Shown here piece after piece: positions 1 through 10,197 of a stretch of DNA of 64,000 nucleotides. Within the stretch, counting starts at the first letter, position 1; each line of letters begins with the position of its first letter. The translations under genes and the position numbers were made by a program. Source of the stretch: an uncultured Verrucomicrobiota bacterium (GTDB taxonomy: Bacteria > Verrucomicrobiota > Kiritimatiellia > SS1-B-03-39 > UBA6053); NCBI GenBank assembly GCA_964497855.1, contig CAZCFM010000001.1, forward strand, positions 30,618-94,617, in the 5' to 3' direction. Below the pieces are notes generated by a model. The model was not told the DNA's origin. It saw nothing but the letters and a program-made list of their open reading frames with translations, and did not search any database.

Positions 1-1893
1 CTGGCTCTCCAAACTCGCGAACAGCACATCCGTCGCGAAAAGGCCACCTCGAACATCTGCACGGCCCAGGCCCTGCCCGCAATTCTTTCCACGTTTTACG
101 CCGTATACCACGGACCCGGCGGGCTCCGCCGCATCGCCTCTCGCTGCGCCACCTTGGCCGACGCCCTCGGACGAGCCCTGCGCGATGGCGGTATCACGCT
201 GCTTTCCGATCGATTCTTCGACACTCTCAGCGTCCTGAATCCCCCCGCAGGTCTCCGGAAAAAGGCTGAACGCTCCGGCATCAACCTCCGGTATTTCGAC
301 GACGGCTCCGTGGGCATCGCCCTCGACGAAACCAGCACGATACAGCATCTGCAGGACCTTCTTGCCCTCTTCGGCATCGCCTCAAGCCTCCCGGCCCTCA
401 GCAGCGTCCCGTCCTCCCTGCCCCTGCGCTCCGAAGCCGATTTTCTCCCGCAGGCCGTTTTCCGATCCTTCCACACGGAACACGAAATGCTCCGCTTCAT
501 GCACCGACTCCAGGGACGCGATCTTTCCCTGACCCACAGCATGATTTCGCTCGGCTCCTGCACGATGAAGTTGAACGCCACGGCGGAAATGATTCCCGTC
601 ACCTGGCCCGAATTCGGCAACATGCATCCGGCCGCGCCCGCCAGCCAGTGCGCCGGATACACCAAACTTTGCGCCGATCTGGAGCAGTGGCTTTCCGACA
701 TCACCGCCCTCCCGGCCTGCAGTCTGCAACCCAACGCGGGCTCCCAGGGCGAATACGCCGGCCTTCTCGCCATCCGCGAATATCACCATTCCCGCGGACA
801 GGCCCAGCGCGACATCTGCCTCATCCCCGCCTCCGCCCACGGCACCAACCCAGCGTCCGCCGTCATGGCCGGATTCCAAGTCGTTGCCGTGTCCTGCGAC
901 GACGCGGGCAACGTCGATCTGGCCGACCTCAGCGCCAAAGCCGAAGCCCACGCCGAACGTCTCGCCGCCTTGATGATCACCTACCCCTCCACGCACGGTG
1001 TCTTCGAGGAATCGGTTCCCGAGATCTGCCGCGTGATCCACGCCCGCGGAGGACAGGTCTACATGGATGGTGCCAATATGAACGCCCAGGTCGGACTCAC
1101 CGCCCCCGGCATCATCGGTGCCGACGTCTGCCACCTCAACCTGCACAAGACCTTCTGCATTCCCCACGGCGGCGGCGGTCCCGGCATGGGCCCCATCTGC
1201 TGCGCGGAGCACCTGCGCCCCTTCCTCCCCAGCAATCCCTTCAGCCGCGCGGCCACGCCCCTCGCCATTTCCGCCGCGCCCTACGGCAGCGCCTCCATCC
1301 TGGTCATTCCCTGGATGTACATCCGCATGATGGGACCCGACGGCCTCAAACAGGCCACCCAGACCGCCCTCCTCAACGCCAACTACATGGCCAAACACCT
1401 CGAGCTCAGTTATCCTATCCTTTACGCAGGACGCAATGGACGCGTAGCTCACGAATTCATTCTCGACCTCCGCGAACTCACCCGCCGCGCCGGACTGATC
1501 ATCGACGACATCGCCAAGCGCCTCATGGACTACGGCTTCCACGCCCCCACCATGTCCTTTCCCGTGCCCGGAACCCTCATGATCGAACCCACGGAAAGCG
1601 AATCCCAGGCCGAACTCGACCGCTTCTGCGAGGCCATGATCGCCATCCGCCGCGAGATCCAGGACGTGATCGACGGCAAAATCGCCGCCGGCGATTCTCC
1701 CCTTCACCACGCCCCCCACACTGCCGAGGACCTTCTCAGCGACTCCTGGAACCGCGCCTACACCCGCGAACAGGCCGCCTACCCCCTGCAGTGGGTCCGC
1801 GAACGCAAATTCTGGCCCGCCGTCAGCCGCATCGACAACACCCACGGCGACCGCAACCTCATTTGCACCTGCGAGTGGGACCCAAAGGGATGA
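1..1893 (+). CDS. gcvP: glycine dehydrogenase (aminomethyl-transferring), single-chain GcvP; C-terminal ~630 aa, 5' end outside the window
   Basis: Frame 1 is open from nt 1 ([25 protein letters not shown]...) and continuous with listed ORF 154..1893. PSTHGVFEE and the PLP-lysine region [23 protein letters not shown] are classic GcvP motifs. Confidence 0.95.
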   Translation: MALQTREQHIRREKATSNICTAQALPAILSTFYAVYHGPGGLRRIASRCATLADALGRALRDGGITLLSDRFFDTLSVLNPPAGLRKKAERSGINLRYFDDGSVGIALDETSTIQHLQDLLALFGIASSLPALSSVPSSLPLRSEADFLPQAVFRSFHTEHEMLRFMHRLQGRDLSLTHSMISLGSCTMKLNATAEMIPVTWPEFGNMHPAAPASQCAGYTKLCADLEQWLSDITALPACSLQPNAGSQGEYAGLLAIREYHHSRGQAQRDICLIPASAHGTNPASAVMAGFQVVAVSCDDAGNVDLADLSAKAEAHAERLAALMITYPSTHGVFEESVPEICRVIHARGGQVYMDGANMNAQVGLTAPGIIGADVCHLNLHKTFCIPHGGGGPGMGPICCAEHLRPFLPSNPFSRAATPLAISAAPYGSASILVIPWMYIRMMGPDGLKQATQTALLNANYMAKHLELSYPILYAGRNGRVAHEFILDLRELTRRAGLIIDDIAKRLMDYGFHAPTMSFPVPGTLMIEPTESESQAELDRFCEAMIAIRREIQDVIDGKIAAGDSPLHHAPHTAEDLLSDSWNRAYTREQAAYPLQWVRERKFWPAVSRIDNTHGDRNLICTCEWDPKG

Positions 1894-1965
1894 GAGGGAA
1901 GAAGTGCGGAATGCGGAGTGCGGAGTGTAGGCGTAAACAATGCAAGCTGCAATATACAAGAGCCG

Positions 1966-3852
1966 TTAAAACCGGTTCACTTCCACGGACAGCATCCCCA
2001 GCCAGCGCTCGTCCGCGTCATCGGTCTGCAATCGTTGTGCGGACACACGAACCAGGGTTTCAAGATTTCGTTTCGATGTCAACGGATAGGATAGATCCGT
2101 GGACACGTTCCATTCGCAGGCGGCGTCGTTCCAGATCAGCCGGCTCCGCCATTGCAGGTAGCGGAACGAAAACAGACTTTCCGCCTGTAGTGGAACCGAA
2201 AAATCCCAGTCCGCCTCTTCGGATTCTTCTTTCGTAAACCCAAACTCCACTCCGGACCCCACAAACGCATAGTGTCGATGTTGCGATCGCGAAAAAAGAT
2301 TGCAGAGCAATGCGAGTCCTCCCAGGGTGCCCTGCCACTCCGGACCGATTTCGCGCTTGTGGAAATCCAGAACCTTCAGACCCAAGCCCCACCCCCGCAG
2401 CGACGAAAAACCCGCCTCCACCTCGCCCTGATTCTCCCGGAATTTACGCAGTTCCAACCCTGTGATTCGGGCTTCGCGAAGGTTATCCGCATCGCCGAGA
2501 AACGAATACCCGCCCAGTTCCACAAACCCGGCACGCTGCATGGCCACCCGCGAGCAGGAACCCATCTCCTGTTTCAACAACGCTCCTGAAAAGGAGGCCA
2601 TCCCCTGAACGTCCGTACCCGTACTCTTGTAAAGGGCAAATCCCGGCTGGAACGTGAACAGTCCCGTGTGGTCGCTTCCTTCCGCCACGCGCCGCGCCGC
2701 AGGGGATTCGATCAAAGCTTCTGACCAATTCACCGGGGGAAAGGGCTGGGTGGAATCTGACAAAAGTTCCCGCTGCAGGAGCCGAGCTTCGTGGGTCACA
2801 GGACTGGTGTAATCGCGGCAGAGTCGGTCTTTGGGATCAAAAACCATCTCCATTTCCTGGAGCAGCGACGCCAGGGCGTACACGTCCAGAGCGAGTGCTG
2901 GTTCGCTCAATGCGACGGCCTTGAATTTCAGAAGAGCCTCCGTGCGCCGCGTTTCCGATCCCGATACGAAGTCTTCAACGGCAGGCCAATCCAGCTCTGG
3001 AGTATTCTGGCGCAGCGAGGCGTAGCGGGTCCGGAACAGATCGCGGTACAAATATCCCCGGGCACGGAAACTGTGGAAAGCGGGGGCCTGCGGCTGGAGG
3101 ATGTCGTGCCGCAGCAGGAAAGCCACCAAACTGTGCGGCGGTGACACAACGGGACGAAAAGCCACGGTCTCCGCGTGCTGGAGGCCTTCACCGATGACCT
3201 GAACCAGCACCGACCCGCAGTTCTGATGGAAAAAATAGTAGGAGGGAAGCGGCGCCGTTTGCAGATGAATCAAATGATCCAGAAGAAGGTTCCGTTGCGG
3301 CTCGTCCAGATTCAAAGCGTAGCGAAGCAGGGAGCGATCCTGCTCCACGGTGTAGGTTTTCAGCGTGTAGTCCAGGGTTTGCACATCCATGACCACCGGG
3401 AAACCGCCTGTAAGGCCTTTCAGGGATTGCCACAGCGAGCGCCACGGGGATTCGGATTCGCGGGGTGCGGCCAGAACCAGATTGAGCCAGTTCCGTCCGC
3501 GACAACGCGGGATGTCAGGTTTAGAAACGGGAGAAGAAGGCTGGGGCACGGGATCGGTGGCCGCCAAAAACGAAACCACCAGATCCGGGGGTGGCGTTTG
3601 GCCGTCCGGTGCCCGGCGTCGAATGCGCAACAGCAGATGTCCGGCAATTTCCGCAATATCGCCCGTGCCAGGGGTGGCGTAGAGCAGTTCAAAACCTTCC
3701 ACACTGTCTCGATTCACCACGCCGATGTCCAAGGGCGCCCCCGTGCGGATGTCGAAAAAGCGCAGGTCCGCAGCATAGGATACGGCTTCGTCTCCCCTCG
3801 CCAGCATCAGCCAGAGGCCGCAGAAACACGCAAGTCGCCACCCGCAGCGCAT
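1966..3852 (-). CDS. DUF4105-like secreted/outer-membrane protein
   Basis: N-terminal signal-like segment (WRLACFCGLWLMLARG). GHLLLRIRRR and YYFFHQNCGSVL resemble the DUF4105 signature (GH..LR, NC.). C-terminal residue is Phe (..VEVNRF), as in many OM beta-barrels. Family assignment is from memory only. Confidence 0.55.
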   Translation of the reverse strand: MRCGWRLACFCGLWLMLARGDEAVSYAADLRFFDIRTGAPLDIGVVNRDSVEGFELLYATPGTGDIAEIAGHLLLRIRRRAPDGQTPPPDLVVSFLAATDPVPQPSSPVSKPDIPRCRGRNWLNLVLAAPRESESPWRSLWQSLKGLTGGFPVVMDVQTLDYTLKTYTVEQDRSLLRYALNLDEPQRNLLLDHLIHLQTAPLPSYYFFHQNCGSVLVQVIGEGLQHAETVAFRPVVSPPHSLVAFLLRHDILQPQAPAFHSFRARGYLYRDLFRTRYASLRQNTPELDWPAVEDFVSGSETRRTEALLKFKAVALSEPALALDVYALASLLQEMEMVFDPKDRLCRDYTSPVTHEARLLQRELLSDSTQPFPPVNWSEALIESPAARRVAEGSDHTGLFTFQPGFALYKSTGTDVQGMASFSGALLKQEMGSCSRVAMQRAGFVELGGYSFLGDADNLREARITGLELRKFRENQGEVEAGFSSLRGWGLGLKVLDFHKREIGPEWQGTLGGLALLCNLFSRSQHRHYAFVGSGVEFGFTKEESEEADWDFSVPLQAESLFSFRYLQWRSRLIWNDAACEWNVSTDLSYPLTSKRNLETLVRVSAQRLQTDDADERWLGMLSVEVNRF

Positions 3853-5021
3853 TACATGCCTGCCAACAGTTCCGGGATGACGCGGGCCATCATCTGCTCC
3901 AAGCCGGAACGGTCCACATCTGTGGGCACAGCGGCGATGACCGCGCGCGCGAGGCGCTGGGGTTCCACGGAAAGGGCGTTCGCAAAAAAGAATAACGTTT
4001 CACCGGAAAACGCATAGGACTGTTTGATCAGTTCGTCGGCCACATCGGGGTGCAGTCGCAGCGCGGCGGCGTCTTTCCAGACCAGGCGGGTGGTTTTGGC
4101 CAGCGTGGCATCAAGGGTCCCACTGACATGCAGCGTTCCCTGCATGGATTGATGGGCGGTTTGGGTTGTGAGGTCCCCGGTGGCTTTAACATACGCTGGC
4201 GTTGTTTCGCTGGTGCGGGCGGAGGTTTCGCCGCTCACTTCACTGATACGGCGGCAGACCTCGACACTGGGGCGGGTGGACTCTTCGTAGGTCGCGTCGC
4301 TGATGGGTGTGGTGAGTTCCGTGGATTGTTTGGAGGCGTTTCCGGTTGCCGCGGACAACCGGGTCGTCGCATTCAGGCTCGGATCCAGCGACTCGCGGGA
4401 GGTCGCTTCGCTCATCGGTGCCGTGAGTTCGGTCGATTGCCCGGTTGCGTTCGACGTGGAGTGGAGCGATTGTTCGCTGAACGTAGAGGTCACTTCCGAA
4501 AATCGGGAACTGGCCTCCAGGCTGGGTTCGAGGGATTGCTCCGTGGTCGCATCGGTCATGGGCGCGGTGAGATCCGTGGCCTGGGTGGTGGCCTCGCTGC
4601 TGCCCTCACTGCTTTGCTCTGTGACCTTGGATACCGTCTCCAGACTGGGTTCAATGGATTTCTCCGTGGTTGCCTGAGTGAGCGGAACCGTGCGCTCGGT
4701 GCTCTGACCGGTCGCGTGTGTGGTCGCGTCGCTGACGGGCGCGGTGACGTCAATCGAGCGCTCGGAACTGCGGTCACTGAAATCAAGCGTGGGCCGGGTC
4801 GAGTGTTCGTAGGATTTCCGGCTGACAGCGGCGGAATGATTCGCGGTGACCTCCGTCCCCTCGCTCAGTTGCTCCGCGGAAACTTTCACGCTTTTGCGGT
4901 AGGTGATATCCATGGAATGTGCGGTGGTCTGACCGGAAAAGGTAAATGGTCCCGCGAAAACAATGTGGGCACAGAGGCCCCCACAAAACAGGAAACAGTG
5001 GAAGCAGAATTGTGTGCGCAT
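3852..5021 (-). CDS. secreted Ser/Thr/Glu-rich tandem-repeat protein, unknown function
   Basis: Signal-like N-terminus (MRTQFCFHCFLFCGGLCAHIVFAG). At least 4-5 degenerate ~42-45 aa repeats with core STELTAPMS(D/E)AT..ESL(E/D)PSL. Non-repetitive C-terminal ~90 aa. Its stop TAA overlaps the ATG of the downstream DUF4105-like gene by 1 nt (ATGTAATG). Confidence 0.6.
   Translation of the reverse strand: MRTQFCFHCFLFCGGLCAHIVFAGPFTFSGQTTAHSMDITYRKSVKVSAEQLSEGTEVTANHSAAVSRKSYEHSTRPTLDFSDRSSERSIDVTAPVSDATTHATGQSTERTVPLTQATTEKSIEPSLETVSKVTEQSSEGSSEATTQATDLTAPMTDATTEQSLEPSLEASSRFSEVTSTFSEQSLHSTSNATGQSTELTAPMSEATSRESLDPSLNATTRLSAATGNASKQSTELTTPISDATYEESTRPSVEVCRRISEVSGETSARTSETTPAYVKATGDLTTQTAHQSMQGTLHVSGTLDATLAKTTRLVWKDAAALRLHPDVADELIKQSYAFSGETLFFFANALSVEPQRLARAVIAAVPTDVDRSGLEQMMARVIPELLAGM
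4206..4840 (-). repeat. in-frame degenerate tandem repeats (~130 nt period) inside the secreted repeat protein gene
   Basis: Seen at protein level: ATGQSTERTVPLTQATTEKSIEPSLE / ATDLTAPMTDATTEQSLEPSLE / ATGQSTELTAPMSEATSRESLDPSLN / STELTTPISDATYEESTRPSVE, plus YEHSTRPTLDFSDRSSE vs YEESTRPSVEVCRRISE. Boundaries are approximate. Confidence 0.6.
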
Positions 5022-5136
5022 GACCCGAAAGGCTGAGGAAAGAGTCCGGGCCTGTCAACGTTAATTGAAACATGCCGCAATCAATCTGGAACCAGAAACT
5101 TTTCCTCTTCAACCAGAAACCAGAAACCCGCCCCCT

Positions 5137-7935
5137 CTAGTGTGCGTCGAGCCAGTTGTGGCCGGTGCCGGTGTCGACGACGACGGGGATGGACAGGGGC
5201 ATCGCCTCCTCCATCTCGCGGCGAATCATCGGTATCAACGTGTCGGCCTCGTCGTCGCGAAGATCAAACACCAGTTCGTCGTGTACCTGCAACAGCAGGC
5301 GCGTCTGGATGCCGTCTTTCCGCAGAAGCTGATCCACGCGGATCATGGCGAGTTTGATCATGTCGGCGGCGCTGCCCTGTATCGGCGAATTGATGGCCGT
5401 GCGTTCGGCGGCCTGACGAAGGGTGTTGTTGCGCGACGTGATGTCGCGGATATAACGCCGCCTCCCGCCGAGGGTCTCGGTGTAGCCCAGGGTTCGCGCA
5501 TCCTCCACGACCCGGTCCATGTAGGTTTTTACGCCGGGATACTGCTGGAAATACGCTTTGATGATTTCAGAGGCCTCGTCGCGGGGAATGGCGAGTCGTT
5601 GGGATAGCCCAAACGCGCTGATGCCGTAAATGATGCCGAAATTGACCATTTTGGCTTTTCGGCGCATCTCGGAACTGACGTCTGCGAGCTCGACGCCGTA
5701 CACGCGCGCCGCCGTGGCCGCATGAATGTCGAGTCCCTCCGCAAAGGCCGCCAACATGCCGGGATCGCCACTGAGGTGCGCCATGATGCGCAGTTCGATC
5801 TGCGAATAGTCGGCGGCCAGCAGTTTCCAGCCCTCCCCGCGCGCCACAAAGGCCCGACGGATTTCGCGCCCGCGTTCGCTGCGGATCGGAATGTTCTGAA
5901 GATTGGGGTCGATGGACGACAGGCGTCCGGTGGCGGCGCCGTTCTGCATGTAGCGGGTGTGAACGCGGCCCGTTTTGGCGCTGACCTGTCGTGGCAGGGC
6001 ATCAACGTAGGTGGATTTCAACTTTCCGACTTCGCGGTGTTCGAGGATGGCGTCCACGATCGGATGCGCGCCGACAAGCGTCTGCAAGGTCTGTTCGTCG
6101 GTGCTGTATTGCCCGGTTTTGGTCTTTTTGGCCTTTTCGGCGAGTTTGAGTTTATCAAAAAGAATCACGCCAAGTTGTTTGGGACTGTTCAGGTTGAAAT
6201 CCTCGTCTGCCAACTCGCGCACCTGCAGCTCGACTTCCGCGAGCCGGGCGCCGAGTTCTTTGCTCAGAGCCTCCAGCGCGGGCACATCGAGGGCAATCCC
6301 CTCGTGTTCCATGCGGGTGAGCACGGGCAACAACGGCATTTCGATTTTTTCAAACACCGCACGCTGACCGCTCTGATCCAGCCGGGGCATCAGGGTTTCA
6401 TAGAGGCGCAGGGTTACATCGGCGTCTTCCACGGCGTAATCGGTGAGCAGTTCCGGCGCGACATCGCGCATGGTGCGCTGTTCGCGGCCTTTGGGGCCGA
6501 TGAGGTCGCTGATGGGAATGGGCTGGTATCCGAGCAGCGAAACGGCGAGAGCATCCATGCCGTGCCGCTGGTCGGGATCGAGCAGGAAGTGGGCGATCAT
6601 GGTGTCGGCAAAGGGTCCCTTCACTTCCAGTCCGTGGGAGAGAAGGACGGCCAGATCAAACTTGAGATTGTGTCCGATTTTCAGGAGGGATTCGTCTTCG
6701 AGCACGGGCCGCAGGGCCGCGAGCAGTTCCGCTTCGGTTTCGGGCGTCACGGCCACCAGCCAGCCGCGTCCGGGCTTGTCGGCAAGGGCGATGGCCACGA
6801 TTTCGGTGTCGAGGACATCGAGTCCGGTGGTTTCCAGGTCAAAACAGAAACGTTCGGCATGGCGCAGCGCCTTCAACACCTCCGGCAAGGCCGCGGCGGA
6901 ATCGATGCGACAGTAGTCGTGCGGGACATCGGCAAGGCGTTTGAGGTCGGAGGGCGGCGGCAGAAGCGCTTCGGGAGTCGTATCAGCAAACAAATCGCCC
7001 TGCACGGGTTCGGGCGCGGGCGCGGCGGCCACGCGAGGCAGGTGAAACGCATCGCCGAACAGGCGACGTCCCATGGAGGAGAATTCAAACTCGGCGAGAA
7101 GGGCGCGCAGGTTGGGGTCGTCGCGTTCGCCGCGGCGCAGGTCTTCGGGCGCGAGGTCCAATGCGACCGCACAGTTGATTTCGGCCAAACGACGGCAGAG
7201 ACGGGCCTGTTCGGCGAACTCCAGCAGCTTTTCGCCGACTTTGCCTTTCACGTCGCCGGAATGGGCGAGCAGATTTTCGAGGTTGTCGTATTCTGCAATC
7301 AGTTTTTGCGCGGTTTTGGGACCCACGCCGGGAACGCCGGGAATGTTGTCGGAACTATCCCCCATGAGGGCCAGGATGTCGATGACCTGTTCCGGACGTT
7401 GAATGCCCCAATGCGCCTGCACTTCGGCGGGGCCCATGATTTCGACCTCGTTGCCCTGACGTCCGGGTTTGTAGACGCGGGTGTGTTCGTCGACGAGCTG
7501 GCCGAAATCCTTGTCGGGGGTCACCATGTAAATTTCGGAGAAGCCCTCTTTCTCCGCGCGTCGGGCGAGCGTTCCGATGATGTCATCGGCCTCGGCACCG
7601 TCCTGTTCAAGCACGGGAATGCGGAAAGCGGCGAGCAGGCGTTTGACGTCGGGAATGGCGGCCCCGATATCCTCGGGCATGGCATCGCGCTGGCCTTTGT
7701 AGTCGGGATAGAGTTCGTGGCGTGGCGTGGGCGCGTGGGTGTCGAACGCCACCGCGATGTGGGTGGGGCGGCGGTTGTCCAGCAGGTCCAGCAGGGTGTT
7801 GGTGAAACCGTAGATGGCGGAGGTGTTGCGGCCTCTGGAATTGAGGATGGGGCGGGTCACAAACGCGAAATGCGCGCGATAGACCAGCGCCATGCCGTCA
7901 AGCAGGTAGAGGATGCGTGGGGAGGATGACTGCAT
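5137..7935 (-). CDS. polA: DNA polymerase I
   Basis: 5'-nuclease N-terminus (ILYLLDGMALVYRAHFAF), 3'-5' exonuclease-like middle domain, and polymerase motifs (DYSQIELRIMAH, QVHDELVF). Start chosen at MQSSSPRILY (ATG 7933-7935), because the longer ORF would overlap the upstream gene's stop. Confidence 0.97.
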   Translation of the reverse strand: MQSSSPRILYLLDGMALVYRAHFAFVTRPILNSRGRNTSAIYGFTNTLLDLLDNRRPTHIAVAFDTHAPTPRHELYPDYKGQRDAMPEDIGAAIPDVKRLLAAFRIPVLEQDGAEADDIIGTLARRAEKEGFSEIYMVTPDKDFGQLVDEHTRVYKPGRQGNEVEIMGPAEVQAHWGIQRPEQVIDILALMGDSSDNIPGVPGVGPKTAQKLIAEYDNLENLLAHSGDVKGKVGEKLLEFAEQARLCRRLAEINCAVALDLAPEDLRRGERDDPNLRALLAEFEFSSMGRRLFGDAFHLPRVAAAPAPEPVQGDLFADTTPEALLPPPSDLKRLADVPHDYCRIDSAAALPEVLKALRHAERFCFDLETTGLDVLDTEIVAIALADKPGRGWLVAVTPETEAELLAALRPVLEDESLLKIGHNLKFDLAVLLSHGLEVKGPFADTMIAHFLLDPDQRHGMDALAVSLLGYQPIPISDLIGPKGREQRTMRDVAPELLTDYAVEDADVTLRLYETLMPRLDQSGQRAVFEKIEMPLLPVLTRMEHEGIALDVPALEALSKELGARLAEVELQVRELADEDFNLNSPKQLGVILFDKLKLAEKAKKTKTGQYSTDEQTLQTLVGAHPIVDAILEHREVGKLKSTYVDALPRQVSAKTGRVHTRYMQNGAATGRLSSIDPNLQNIPIRSERGREIRRAFVARGEGWKLLAADYSQIELRIMAHLSGDPGMLAAFAEGLDIHAATAARVYGVELADVSSEMRRKAKMVNFGIIYGISAFGLSQRLAIPRDEASEIIKAYFQQYPGVKTYMDRVVEDARTLGYTETLGGRRRYIRDITSRNNTLRQAAERTAINSPIQGSAADMIKLAMIRVDQLLRKDGIQTRLLLQVHDELVFDLRDDEADTLIPMIRREMEEAMPLSIPVVVDTGTGHNWLDAH

Positions 7936-7946
7936 GCGGAATTCCT

Positions 7947-8675
7947 TCAGCCTTCGTACAGGAAGCGGCCACAATGACTGCAGGTGACCCATTTCTGGAG
8001 GGCGTGGGCGTCGTGAATGTGTTGCGGGGTCAGGCGCATGTGGCAGCCGCCGCAGCTTTGGTTGCGGATTGGGACCACAACGGCATCCTGTTTGCTCTGG
8101 AGCTGGGCCATGTAGCGCTGAAGAACCTCGGGCTCGACGCGGGCGGCAAGGGCCTCTCGTTCCTGCTTGATGTCGGCAAACGTTTCGCGGATCAGCGACA
8201 GGCGGTCGTCGAGGGCCTTGGCCTCCCCGGCGACCACGGTGTCGGCCTGGCCGCGTTCGACTTTGGCGGCGGCGACCTCCACACGCTGCGTTTCCAGTCG
8301 TTCCATTTCCTCCAGCTCCCGGTCCTCCGCGGCGCGAATTTTTTCATTGGCCGTGGCGATTTCATTTTCGAGGGCGCGGTACACATCGTTCGATTTCACA
8401 TCCATTTGCTGGTTGCGGTAGCGGACGATCTGCTCGCGCATGGACTGGATGTCGAGTTCAACCTGCTTGATGGCCGATTCGCAGGAACGAAGAGAGTCGG
8501 TCGCGCTTTTTTCCCGGGCTTTGGCACCGGCGGCTTTTTCCTCGAGACGCGTTTTGCGTTCGGGGATTCCCTGCGCCTCGCGTTTGAGCTGGAGGAGGGT
8601 CAGATCTTTGGTTTGTAGGTCCAGCAGTTGCTGTAGAGATGCCTGAATCACGGTGATTCCTTTCCGGTTTTCCAT
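7947..8675 (-). CDS. coiled-coil plus C4 zinc-ribbon protein (COG1579-like)
   Basis: Long heptad-rich region followed by C-terminal CGGCHMRL...CSHCGRFLY zinc ribbon. This architecture is typical of the COG1579/DUF164 family. Confidence 0.75.
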   Translation of the reverse strand: MENRKGITVIQASLQQLLDLQTKDLTLLQLKREAQGIPERKTRLEEKAAGAKAREKSATDSLRSCESAIKQVELDIQSMREQIVRYRNQQMDVKSNDVYRALENEIATANEKIRAAEDRELEEMERLETQRVEVAAAKVERGQADTVVAGEAKALDDRLSLIRETFADIKQEREALAARVEPEVLQRYMAQLQSKQDAVVVPIRNQSCGGCHMRLTPQHIHDAHALQKWVTCSHCGRFLYEG

Positions 8676-8736
8676 TGCAAGGGTGAGTGCGTCACACTAT
8701 GCCTGTAGACCCCAACCCTCCGCAAGCACCAATCTC

Positions 8737-9711
8737 GTGAAACCCGCCGAACTTCTTCCCTCCCTCCTGCAGGCCGTCGGCCTGGCCGCCCTCTGTTGCG
8801 AACGCATCGCCCGCGAACTCGCGCATGATGACCAACAGGCCAAAGCCGACTTTTCCCCCGTCACCATTGCCGATTACGCGAGTCAGGCCCTTATTCTTCA
8901 GCATCTCGCCCGCCTCAGTCCCGACATCGGCGTGGTGGCGGAAGAGGCGTCCGACATCCTGCGCGATCAACCGGACATGATCGAACGCATCGCCTCCTTC
9001 ACCCAGGTTTTCGATCCGGAGGTCAACGCCCTCAACCTGCTCACCCTTCTGGATCGAGGCAACCATCCAGGCGGCGGCGGACGTTTCTGGACGCTGGACC
9101 CCATCGACGGAACGAAAGGTTACCTGCGCGGCGGACAATACGCCATTGCCCTGGCTCTGGTCGAGGACGGACGCCCCCGTCTCGGCGTGCTGGGCTGTCC
9201 GCGCTACGGAACTCCCGGCGGAAGCTTTTTCAGCGGTGGACTGGACCTGCCCGCCCTGCGCTGGGACAGTGATGCCAAACACGCAAGCCCGATCCGGGTT
9301 TGCGCCGACCTTCCGCGAGCCGAAACCAAACTCTGTGAATCCATCGAAAGCAGCCACACGGCTCACGACCGCTCCGCGACGGTGATTTCCGCGCTGGGCA
9401 TGTCCTGCGACGTGCTGCGCATGGACAGTCAGGCGAAATACGCGGCGGTGGCCTGCGGAGACGCCGCCCTCTATTTGCGTTTGCCCGTGAAACGTGGATA
9501 CCGCGAAAAAATTTGGGATCATGCGGCCGGGGTTGCCGTGATTGAAGCCGCAGGGGGACGCGTGACGGACCTGAATGGCAAGACTCTTGATTTCGGACGC
9601 GGGGACAGTCTCGAATGCAACCGGGGCGTTCTTGCGAGCAACGGAACGCTGCACGCGGAGGCCCTGGCCGCAGCGCTGGCCCACACTCCGCTGGAAGGAC
9701 GCTGGGAGTAG
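8737..9711 (+). CDS. 3'(2'),5'-bisphosphate nucleotidase / inositol monophosphatase family (CysQ/HAL2-like)
   Basis: FSPVTIADYASQ, VAEE, WTLDPIDGTKGYLRG and WDHAAG motifs of the IMPase/FIG superfamily. Start is uncertain: ATG at 8653 overlaps the divergent upstream gene, and GTG at 8737 (VKPAELL) is proposed. Confidence 0.8.
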   Translation: MKPAELLPSLLQAVGLAALCCERIARELAHDDQQAKADFSPVTIADYASQALILQHLARLSPDIGVVAEEASDILRDQPDMIERIASFTQVFDPEVNALNLLTLLDRGNHPGGGGRFWTLDPIDGTKGYLRGGQYAIALALVEDGRPRLGVLGCPRYGTPGGSFFSGGLDLPALRWDSDAKHASPIRVCADLPRAETKLCESIESSHTAHDRSATVISALGMSCDVLRMDSQAKYAAVACGDAALYLRLPVKRGYREKIWDHAAGVAVIEAAGGRVTDLNGKTLDFGRGDSLECNRGVLASNGTLHAEALAAALAHTPLEGRWE

Positions 9712-9714
9712 GCC

Positions 9715-10197
9715 ATGGACTTTGATACCCTCTACATGCGGATGGCCCAGCGCGAGGCGCGGACGGCGGCGGAGGCGGGCGAAGTTCCCGTGGGAGCCAT
9801 CATCGTTCATCCCGAAAAAGGCATCGTCGGCAAGGCCCACAATCAGGTGGAATTGCTCAAAGACGCCACGGCACACGCGGAAATTCTCGCAATCACCCAG
9901 GCCTGTCAGGCGCTTGGGGACTGGCGCCTCGAAAACTGCACGCTCTACGTGACCAAAGAACCCTGCCCGATGTGCGCGGGGGCGATTGTGTTCAGCCGCA
10001 TTCTCAAAGTCGTGTGGGGCGTGTCGGATCCGGATCGCGGGGGCCAGAGTTTTTTTGGAATCCTGGACAGTTCGTCGATGTATCACCGCGTGCTGTGTCA
10101 GCCAGGAGTGCTGGAAGAGGAATGCCGGGCGGATTTTCTGGAGTTTTTCCGTTCGGTCAGGGCCAGACCACCCGGAAAACCCGGTGGGGCGAACTGA
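9715..10197 (+). CDS. tadA: tRNA-specific adenosine deaminase
   Basis: CDA zinc motifs HAEILAI and PCPMCAGAI. Size of 160 aa is typical. Confidence 0.92.
   Translation: MDFDTLYMRMAQREARTAAEAGEVPVGAIIVHPEKGIVGKAHNQVELLKDATAHAEILAITQACQALGDWRLENCTLYVTKEPCPMCAGAIVFSRILKVVWGVSDPDRGGQSFFGILDSSSMYHRVLCQPGVLEEECRADFLEFFRSVRARPPGKPGGAN

Noticed and set aside
1895-1935. Short tandem heptamers (TGCGGAA TGCGGAG TGCGGAG) just after the gcvP stop
   Set aside because: Only three imperfect copies with no hairpin or known motif. Too short to interpret.
382-1959. 525-aa ORF antisense to gcvP. Similar long ORFs lie opposite well-supported genes: 5722..7929(+), 8692..10086(-), 27915..29762(-), 41935..43485(+), 48952..50604(-), 56143..57360(-), 59567..61072(+), 61069..62556(+).
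   Set aside because: Translations are low-complexity Gly/Ala/Arg/Val/Glu-rich with no recognisable motifs. Each is antisense to or out of frame with a gene that has strong family signatures. This is typical stop-codon-poor shadow-ORF behaviour in high-GC DNA.
10157-10197. 41-nt convergent overlap of the tadA 3' end with the membrane protein gene 3' end. There are similar small convergent overlaps at 51494-51507 and 58710-58716.
   Set aside because: Short convergent overlaps are common in compact genomes, and there is no associated structure or conserved motif.
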